Part shown: piece by piece, positions 14,101 through 25,172 of the stretch
Layout: every line of letters begins with the position of its first letter
How positions within the stretch are numbered: position 1 is the stretch's first letter
Assembly: GCA_038087875.1 (NCBI GenBank)
Contig: CM075985.1
Span: 36,270,001 to 36,334,000, forward strand
Source of the DNA: Malacoraja senta
Lineage: Eukaryota
Reading direction: 5' to 3'
Length of the DNA stretch: 64,000 bases
Position numbers and translations under genes: made by a program
The notes under the pieces: generated by a model
What the model was told of the DNA's origin: nothing
The model's database searches: none
The model's input: only the letters and a program-made list of their open reading frames with translations

Positions 14101-17100
14101 TTGGAGAGGGTACAGAGGAGGTTTACCAGAATGATGCCTGGATTACACTGTTTCTGCTCGAGGGTGAGGTTGGACAGACTTGGATTGTTTTCTCTGGAAT
14201 ACTGGAGGTCGAGGGAAGACCTGATAGAAGTGTACAGAATTATGAGAGGCATTGAGAAGGTAGACAGTCGCAACCATTTTCTCAGAGAGAGCATAGCTTT
14301 AAGATAGATGGGCAAAGTTTAAAGGAGATGAAGATGATTTGGAGTATTGCTTGCAGTTCTGGTCACCCCATTACAGGAAAGATGTGGCGGCTTTGGAGAG
14401 GGTGCAGAGGAGGTTCACCAGAAAGTTGCCCAAATTAGAGGGAGAGGTTGGATAGACGTGAATTGCTTTCTCTGGGACATCATGGAACAACTTGATTAAA
14501 ATATAAAATTATGAGAGGCATAGATAGGGTAGACAGTCAGGACCTTTCCCCCAGGGTGGAAATGTCTAACACTAGAGGGCGTAGCTATAAGGGAATATTT
14601 AATGGAGATGTGTGGGGCAAGTATCTTATACAGAGAGCGGTGCGGACATGGAATGTGTTGCCAAGGCTGGTGGTGAAGTTGGTACCACAGTGGTGTGTAA
14701 GAGACTTTTAGATAGGCATATGGAAGTGCAGGGAATAGAGGGATATGGATCCTTTACAGGCAGATGCGATCAGTTTAACTTGGCATCCTGTTCAGCACCA
14801 ACATTGTGGGCCGAAGGGCCCGTTCCTGAGCTGTACTGTTCTATGTCCTATAGGATTGTCAGGGCAAGATTTTTACACACAGTGTGGTGGGTGCCTGGAA
14901 TGCACTGCTGGAAGTTGTGGTGGAGGCAGATACAATCATGCCATTTAAGAGTTCATAAGTTCATAAGTGATAGGGTCGGAATGAGGCATTTTGGCCCTTC
15001 AAGTCTACTCTGCCATTCAATCATGGCTGATCTATCTTTCCCCATTCTCCTGCCTTCTCCCCATAACCGCTGACACCAGTACTAATCAAGAAACTATCTA
15101 TCGCTGCCTTAAAAAATATCCATTAACTTGGCCTCCGCATTCTTCTGTGACAGAAGAGACCTGGATAGGCACATGGATGGATGTGCAGGGAATGGAGGCT
15201 TATGGATTTGTGCAGGCAGATAGGAGTTGGTCTTGGCATCATGTACTGCACAGACATGTTGGGCAGTAGGGCATGTTCCTGTTCTGTACAGTTCTATGTT
15301 CTTTGCATGTTTAATGTTGATCGTTTTGCTCCCTGTTGCCCCATCAAAAGTAAAAGTAAAAGTAAAAGGTGAAACAAAAAACCCATGTAGGTCACGGGGA
15401 GAATGATCAAACACCGTACAGACAGCACCTGTAGTCAGGATTGAACCCGAGACTCTGGCGTTGTATGGCAGCAACTCTACTGCCGCACCACTGTGCCTCC
15501 CTTACATTCACAATGTTTCAAGATCACACAGTATTTAATGCCTGTCAGTGCATTCAGGGCCATTTCATATTTCATGCCCTTTCGGTATTTAGAGCCGTTA
15601 ACTCCCCTCATTAGGGTTGGGGCCTATGCAATTGGGTCTACGTGTAAAGAAGGCGTTACAGAGGGTGGGCGGTCGGTGGGAGAAGGCGCTTCGGGTTCTG
15701 CAGGACAGTCTGTGTGGGCTCCGTGCTGGTCACTCACCGCTGTCGAAGGCTCTGGTGGTGCCTTTGAGAACCTCCAGCGTGAGTGCGGCGATGATGTCAG
15801 CCTGGCGGGCGATGGCCATGGCTCGCTCCACTGCCTCAGCGCCCAGAGATGTGATCATCTGTGTCCCGTTGATCAGCGACAGCCCCTGGGCACCGAAGAG
15901 TTTGATGCAAAATCATAACAATATGCATTGGACATGCAGGGGGGAGGGGGAGGGGGGGAGAACAAAGGAGGGCATGGCGTGGGCATATTGTAACTTTGTC
16001 CGCGCCCTTTATGTAGCGACTATTTGCATATCTTGGGAACTCAAGCAAAGAATTACACAGTGACTTGTCACATATGACAATAAAGTAAAAGGTAGACAAA
16101 AGTGCTGGAGAAACTCAGCAGGTGCAGCAGCATCTATGGAGCGAAGGAAATAGGCAACGTTTCGTCCCGAAACATTGCCTATTTCCATCAATCCATAGAT
16201 GCTGCTGCACCCGCTGAGTTTCTCCAGCACTTTTGTCTACCTTTGATTTTCCAGCATCTGCAGTTCCTTCTTGAACAATAAAGTAAAAAGTATTTATTCC
16301 TTCATTCAATAAAGTCGTAAGCTTAGAGGGTCCATTTAAGATTGAATGAGATATTTGTAAACACTCCCTGTGTATTATCCACGCAGAGAGCAGCGCTTAA
16401 AGACCAGTTTCCATATCAAAACCCACTATCCAACCAATATATAAAAGTGAATGATGTTACTGCAATCTGATAGTATCACAGAAAACTATATTTTGTAGAT
16501 CTTTATTCTTTCAATTTGCTACAATCATTAAACAAAGTTGCAAAATACAAGATGTAAATAATGGTTTAGTTGAGTTTAGTTTCTTTTAGATGCGAGATAC
16601 AGCTTGGAAACAGGCCCTTCGACTGCAGAGTCCACATTAACCATCGATCGCCCATTCACATTAGTTGTAAGTAATCCAACTTTCTTTTAGTTCAGGGATA
16701 CAGCTTGAGAACAGGCTGTTCGTCCTGCAGGTAGACACAAAATGCAGGAGTAACTCAGCGGGACAGGCAGCATTTATGGAGGGAAGGAATGGGTGACATT
16801 TCCGGTCGAGACTGAAGAAGGGTCTCGACCCGAAACATCACCCATTCCTTCTCTCCAGAGATTACTCCAGCATTTTGTGTCTATCTTCGATTTAAACCAG
16901 CATCTGTAGTTCTTTCCTGCATCTTTGTCCCACAGAGCCCATGCTGACCATTGATCACCCGTTCACACTGTTTTGTTGCTATCCCACTTTCTCATCCACT
17001 ACCTAGACTCGAGGGACAATTTACAGAGTCCAATTAAGCTACAAACCTGCACACCTTTGGGATGTTGCAGGAACCCAGAGCACCTGGAGGAAACCCACGC

Positions 17101-20100
17101 AGTCACAGGGATAACGTGCAAATTCCACGCTGACCTCCACTGAGGTCCCTGGAGCTGTGAGGCAACAGCTCTACCCAGCTGAGCCACCGTGCCGCCCTTT
17201 ACATGAATATCTCTCAAGTTATATCAGTGAGTAAACAGCATTTCAAAGAAAAGACACTTAAAAATATAGAATTTTTATAGATATGGTAACCAACTGTAAT
17301 ACTATGTACTGGCAACGTTTATATAAAAGGTGTGTGTTGATTAGTTCATAAAATCAAAGGTTCATATGCTATAGGAGCAGAATTAGGACATTCAGCCCAT
17401 CAAGTCTACTCCGCCATTGAATCATGGCTGATCTATCTTTCCCTTCAACCCCAGTCTCCTGCCTTCTCCCCATAACCCCTGACACCCGTACTTAATCAAG
17501 AATCTATTAATCTCCACCTTAAAAATATCTATTGACAGCCCCCACAACCTTCTGTGACGGTTAATATACAAATTATTGGTAGAAGCCTGCTTTATTACCT
17601 CTTTAGCTTTCAGTGAAATCGGATGGAGCCCATGAGCTTGTAAAACCTGATGGTACAAGATAGAATCATATTAACAGCAGTCTGTTCCATCATCCACATG
17701 TACTGAATCACAGTCTTGGAGGGTAAACTAAATGTTATAGACCCATCAAATAGCATCAAATATAATCAAACCTCGGGTATCACTGAACCTAATATCACAG
17801 GATCACAAAACAACAATGTATCACCAAATCTCATAGGATTCTCTGATCACCATTTTCTTTTCAAAAAGATATTCAGGATTTTTAAAAGTATATACAAAAC
17901 AATAACTGCAAAAAAATTCTTCATACATTCACAGTGTCGATATATTCAAGACTATCGTATTAGCATCTATTTTGAGATACAGTGCAGAATCAGGCCCTTC
18001 GGCCCACCGAGTCACCCCGTACACAAGCACTATTGTACACACAAGGGACAAAGTACAATTTTACTGAAGCCAATTAGCCTACAAACCTGTACGTCTTTGG
18101 AGTGCGGGAGGAAAACGGAGCACCCGGTAAAAACCCAGGCAGGTCACGGGGAGAAAGTAAAAACTCTGTACAGACAACAGTCGTAGTCAGGATCGTACCC
18201 GGGTCTCCAGCGCTGTGAGGCAGCATCTCTACCGTGCAATGTTTAAAGAAAGTTTAAAGAAAACACAATTGCCACTCATGTGGTCTCCTGCGGTGATATC
18301 CCTTCCGTCATTTGAGGGGTGTCCCACAGACTCTGCCCCTCAATGCCCAGCAGACTGTGGCCCTCCCCCACTGAGCCTTGGTGTTGGCTGCACTGAGCAT
18401 CATTGCGTCCGTCATCACGTACCCCTGCAGTCGGGAGCGGGCCAGTTGGCAACATGGCGCAGTGTATTTTTAGTTTAGTTTAGGGATACAGTGTGGAAAC
18501 TGTCCGCGTCGACCTGCAAACCCTGCACATTAACACTGCACACACTAGGGCCAAGTTACAATTTTACCATGCCAATTAACCTACAAACCTGTCTTTGGAA
18601 CGTGGTAGGAAACCGGAGATCCCAGGGAAATCCCACTCGGGTCACGGGGAGAACGTACAAACTCCGTACATAGTCAGGATTGAAGTTGGGTCTCTGGCGC
18701 TGTAAGGCAGCAACTCTACCGCTGCGCCACCATGCTGTCCACATATCACGGTTGTATAGTTGAACCATTGCGCAGATACTTGGAGTTATAGAACACTGCA
18801 TGTGGTCCAACACTGTACATTTGGCTTATGGTTTAGAATCCAGTTTTTAATCAAAGTGTACCCACAAAGCAGTAACTAGACGTCATAGAAAACCAAGAGA
18901 ACTCACATCCTTAGCATCAGCCCAGCCGCTTTTTGGCGACCACATTTTCCCTTCACCCATCAGTCCAAGGGCAAGGTGAGCCAGAGGAGCGAGATCTCCA
19001 CTGGCCCCAACAGTTCCCTTCTCTGGCACGAAGGACAGGCAGGAAGCTGCAGAAAGCACAATAAAAGAGAGTAAAGGGCCTGTCCCACTTGGGCATCATT
19101 TGCGCGTCATGCAGATGACGCACGAAGATTTTGTGAATCCCAAAATCCTGGGGCGCCGCTCGCGACCGCGCGTCACTGCCTACGTCACCACGCACCATGC
19201 GTGCATCACATGCGTGTCACGACGCGCGCGTCGTGCATCGTGACGCGTAAATGATGTCGTGTAAATGACGCCCAAGTGGGACAGGCGCTTAAGATTACAG
19301 CCTATCAAAACATTATCTACTCTGTTATAAAAATATGAAGACAATGGGGCGGAATAGTGGCACTGCGATAGAGATGCTGCCTTACAGCGCCAGAGACCCG
19401 GGTTCGATCCTGACTATGGCGTTTGTACGTTCTCCCCGTGACATGTGTGGGTTTTCTCCACATGGTCTGGTTTCCTTCCACACTCCAAAGACGTACAGGT
19501 TTGTAGGTTATTTGGCTTCTCTAACTATACCCTAGCGTGTAGGATTGTGTTAGTGTACGGGGATCCCTGGTCGGCATGGCCTTGGTGGGCCGAAAGGCCT
19601 GTCTCCATGCTGTATCTCTAAAGTCTAAAGTCAAGTCTAAAGGGTTTGTACGTTCTCTGGTTTCCTCCCATACTCCAAAGGCATACAGGTTTGTAGATTA
19701 ATTGGCTTCTGTAACTTGTCCCTGGTGTTTGTAGGGCAGTACTAGTGTATGGGGTATTGGGTGGTCGCGGAAGGGCCTGTTTCCGTGCTGTATCTCTAAA
19801 GTCTAAAATAAAGTTTCAAAGCAAAGTATAAAAGGCAACGTTACCATTGAAGGCCTGGATCATTTGGTTGAGGGTCTCCAAGGAGATTCCACTGTAACCC
19901 TTGGCGAGGACATTGATCCTGAGAGCCAGCAGCATCCGGCACCTCTCTGGTGAGAGGGGTTTGCCCACACCTGCAGAAGAAGCACTCGGCTACTTTTCTA
20001 CTGTTTCCCAGAGATGCCGGGGTTTACAGGAACGGGGTGTTGGGGGCTACAGAGGCAAGGAACCGGAGGTGCGGAGGAGTGGGGTTTAGTTTAGTTTGGT

Positions 20101-23100
20101 TTGTTGTCACATGTACCTAGGCACGGTGAAAAGCTCTTGTGGCGTGCTAACCCGTCAGCGGAAAGACAAAACAAGATTACAGTCGATCCATTTACAGTGT
20201 CTGTAGGAGCAGAGATTTAAGAAAGTGTGGAGCGATTGTAATACGTGATAGTAGATCTGCTTCTGTGAATTCACGCAGATAGTCGCCTGTGTTGGGCGCC
20301 ATCTTGGAAGCATGTTTGCGATTCGGAGGGGAGAGGGGCGGAGGATTCAAAGAGGACAGGGGTAAGGGTTATGGAAGAAGGGACAAGGGTGTCCCAGTTG
20401 GAGGGGCGGGGGAGTTCATCGGAGAGGGGGTCGGTGTTTTGGCCGCAAGGAGGTGGAGGTCAAGGATAGGGGGGTCCGGAGTGAAGGGCAAGGTTATGCA
20501 AGGTAGGGAGAGAGAGTTCAGAGGGGAGAGGTCGAGGTTCAAAGGGCGGGGGCCGATGGTTCAGAGGGGTGGGGGGGAGCAGGAGATAGGCTCGGGGTTT
20601 CAGAGTAGGGGGGAGGGGGAGCTCGGAAAGGAGAGGCTGGGGGTTCAGAGAGGTGCATCTGGGCATTTGGGGAGGGGACCAAGGGTTCTGGAGAAGGACC
20701 AGGAGTGTTTGGTGGGTTGGAGCCGGGGCTTCAGAGGAAGGGTTCGTGGTCACAGATGGGTGATCTCAGAGGAGAGGGGCTGGGGGTGGAAGAGTGGGGA
20801 CAGGAGGAGAGAGGCTGGCGGCTTCAGATGGGAGAGGTGGGGGTTTCGTAGGGGAGGATCTGGGAGGTGGGGCGTTTGAAGGGAAGAGGCCAGGGGTTTG
20901 GAGGCGAAGGGCCAGGTTTCTCGGTGTGTGAGTGAGGGGTTCAGAGGGGAGACACCGGAGATTTCAGAGGGGAAAGGATATGAGTTCAGAGGGGACGTAA
21001 GTGATAGGAGAAAAATTAGGCCATTCGGCCCATCAAGTCTGCTCCGCCAGTCAATCATGGCTGATCTATCTCTCCCTCCTCATCCCATTCTCCCCGTAAC
21101 CCCTTACACCCGCACTAATCAAGAATCTATATCTCTGCCCTAAAAATATCCATTGACTTGGCCTCCACTGCCTTCTGTGGGAAAGAATTCCAGATTCAAC
21201 TCCCTCTGACTAAAGACATTCCTCCTCATCTCCTTCCTTAAATTCTGAGGCTTTGACCTCTAGTACTAGACTTTCTCACTAGTGGAAACATCCTCTCCAC
21301 ATCCACTCTATCCAAATATGATAACCACTCAATGGTTATGTAGCGGTGGGCCGTGTAGCATTGGACAAGAAAGCCTGTGGATACAGAGTGGTGGGACAGG
21401 TAGTTTTGGAGAAGAGGGCCTGGGATTTAGAGGGTTGAGGTTGGCTTTTGCGGAGGGGGTAAATTGAAAGCTAATCCTTAGAAATGATATATAATCAGCG
21501 AGTTAATCTGAAAGGAGGTGGCCCAGGGGGATGGGAGGAGTTGCTTCATTTTCAAAGTGTACTTTGGGATACAGTAGACAGCAATTTGAGGCAGGATGTA
21601 TGATCGGGCATTCCAGCAGAGATATTCCTCATGTCAGACTTGCTGTGTTCAGGGAGGTGTACAGAGATAGAATGCGTTCTTTCGGTTAAGGGGCTATCCC
21701 ACTGTACGAGCTAATTCAAGAGTTCTCCCGGGTTTCCCCTGATTCGAACTCAGAAAATTATGGTAATAGCTGCTCGTAGGTACTCGGGGCTCTCGTGGAC
21801 ATTTTCAACATGTTGAAAAATCTTCTCGAGTCTTCACGAGCTTACCGCGTTTCCTGAGTACCTGCCGTTAGCGTTACGAGCCGCCAAGAGACGTCCCGAG
21901 CTCCGACGTACCTGCTACGTACATTCTACGTGCTTACCACGAGTTTGATTTTTATTTTTAACTCGGGAGAATTAGCTCATACAGTGGGACAGGCCCTTAA
22001 CAGAGTCATCGAGTCATTCAACGTGGAAACAGGCCCTTCAGCCCAACTTGCCCACATCGACCAACATGTCCCATCTATCGGTGTCAGGGTTTATGGGGAA
22101 AAGGCAGGAGTGGGGTTGAGAGGGAAAGATAGATCAGCCATGATTGAATAGCGGAGTAGATTTGATGATTACTATCGATCCATTTACAGTGTCTATAGGA
22201 GTAGTGATTTAAGAGTGTGGAGCGATTGTAATACATGATTGTAGACCTGCTACTGTGGCTAGCGCGCAAGTAATCACACGGGTCGGGCGCCATCTTGGAA
22301 GCAAGTTTGCAATTCGGAGGGGAGAAGGGCGGAGATTCGGAGAGAAAGGGGGAAATGGGGAACGGGGGAAAAAGGGAGAAATGGCCTAATTCTGCTCCTC
22401 TGATCTGTGAACATAAAATAGCAAAAGGCATTCTTTCACATACCAACAGCAGTGGAGTGTATAATGTTCTCCTGGAGCTCCCTGTAAAAAAGAAACCAGC
22501 AAATCAGGAAGAGTGTGACAGATAGTCACAGTGCAGTGTCACAGTACAATATACTCACACAAGTGTGACATAGTTTGCCCCTGTTCCAATACCTAAAGGG
22601 GCTGCTCCTTGCCTTCTGGCTGCACTTTTCACCCACCATCCTCATCTTTGGACACCCTGTGCGTAGGGGAGAGGGTAGGGCTGAAGATGTGCTGGTTGGG
22701 TTGCTCCTGGGCCTGGCCAAGCTGGCCATTTGCGAGTCACGGCACCAGGCCCAAGCCGGCTGTCCGCCCCTTTTCCTGGGTTACGTCCGCGCCCAGGTGG
22801 TGTTAGAGAGGGAATAGACGCTGTCCACGGGCACCTTTGGGGATTTCCGGAACCGCTGGGCACCGTGTGGGGTGGAAGTCATCCTCAATAAGGATGGTGA
22901 TATCATTGTATAGGAGTTTATTTAGTATAATTGTTTGACTTGTATTATGTAGGTATGTTACAAAACTTACCTTCAACGGCACTGCAGTTCTGTCACTGCC
23001 CGTGTGCGCGACTTTGGCGCCTTTGAGAGGGGGGCGGGTTTAAAATGTCTTGTTTCTCCAGCCTATTCAAATCGATGTCTGTCAGGCTGTTTAGCTGCTA

Positions 23101-24696
23101 AAGAATAATCGCTTCGACTGCCGTTTTATTAAGTTTCTTTTAAACTGCACTGGATATTTTACGAACAGGAGTAAATAAAAAATAATCTTCTAAAGCCGTC
23201 AACGCCGACAACGGGGACGGATTTCACGCACGGGACAGGTAAAGGAAAGCCGTTTATTTTATATATAAACTTGCTTCTAAGGATGCCTTTAATCAAAATT
23301 TAACGTTGCGAAAATGTCATTATGTAAATATACGAACCGGCAGCATTTTTCCTGCCGATATGAGGTTTAAATTCACCGCAAATGCAATGTTCCAAACCAG
23401 CGCGTTCCACAAAAACCCACTCGCAAGATGATTTAAATGGCCATTAATTTACGGGAATTAAACACTAAATTCCTTCCATTTGGCCTATAAATTAATGACA
23501 ATGAGATTTTAAAATCATGTTATATTGTGAATTATTGTGTGAATGTTATTTGAACACTTAGGCTATTTAAAAAATGTTAACTTTTTCTTAAGAAATGGAT
23601 AGATGTTTAGATCTAGTAATTGAATTTTGTAATTAGCTACAATTGGGTAACTAACTAATTATATGCTTTAATTTCACGTCATCCAAGTAAGATTGTTTCA
23701 TATTTGTTTCAGAATGCTTCAATCTATAATAACTGAAAATTTCATTCAGTTCTCTTAATTTTTAAGAAAGTTATGGGCTTTTGACTGTCCTTGATCACAG
23801 CTTTTGAGTTAAGTCAATGGAAAAGCAATAGGGAACAAGATGCTAATTTCCGAGTATGAAAATGGCCATAACCTTTTTAATACTGAAGATATGAAAGTGA
23901 ATTAGGTGTCGAATTAAACTTCTTTTTATGCTTTATCTGATGGGATAAATTGCAGACTTGATTTTTAAAATCTCCAAATTTTGTAACATTGCTATATTAC
24001 GGTGGTGGGTTTTTTTTTGTTTTACTTTGTACTTTAAATATTATTGTTAATGATTGCTTCATTAATTTTGGTAATTCAGGCGGAAGAGGGCTCTGCCAGA
24101 GTCGGTAACGCACCCCTTTTCTGGGGTTACGTCCGTGCCCGGGTGGTACTAGAGAGGGACTATGCGGTGATCACAGCGGATTTCCGGGACCGCTGGGCAC
24201 CGCAGGGGGTGGAATGTATCCTTAACAAGGAGTGTGAAATAGTTATTTAATATTCAGTATTTAAGAATACCTGTTTTACTTTGTATTATGGTGGTGGGTT
24301 TGTTTGTATTGTTTCGTATTGTACATATCATTTTTGTAAATAATTGATTTAAATTATTTTTGGTAAAAAAAAGTGTGACAGTCTCACAGTACAGTGTCAC
24401 ATTAGAATACACACACACACACACAAGTGTGACAGATAGTCTCACAGTACAGTGTCACATTAGAATACACACACACAAGTGTGACAGATAGTCTCACAGT
24501 ACAGTGTTACATTAGAATACACACACACACACACACACACACACAAGTGTGACAGATAGTCTCACAGTACAGTGCTACATTAGAATACACACTCACACAC
24601 ACACGTGTGACAGATAGTCTCACAGTACAGTGTCACATTAGAATACACACACACACAAGTGTGACAGATAGTCTCACAGTACAGTGTTACATTAGA

Positions 24697-24730
<34 letters not shown>

Positions 24731-25137
24731 GTGTGACAGATAGTCTCACAGTACAGTGTCACATTAGAATACACACACACACAAGTGTGACAGATAGTCT
24801 CACAGTGAATGCAGTGTCACGTTACAATACACACACACACATACACAAGTGTGACAGATAAGGGCCTGTCCCTCTCGGGCGTCATTTACGCGACATCATT
24901 TACGCGTCACGACGCACGGGATGTGCGCATGGTGCATGGTGACGTAGGCAGTGACGTGCAGTCGCGCGCGGCGCCCCAGGATTTTGGGATGTACAAAATC
25001 TTTGCGCGCCATCTGCGTGACGCGCCAATGACGCCCAAGTGGGACAGGCCCTATAGTCACACAGTACAGTGTCACGTTAGAATATACACACACACACAAG
25101 TGTGACAGATAGTCTCACAGCACAGTGTCACGTTAGA

Positions 25138-25172
<35 letters not shown>

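Noticed and set aside
20289-20879. 196-aa RGG-rich ORF
   Set aside because: It is a G-rich low-complexity tract antisense to a HAL intron, with a non-ATG start and no splice support.
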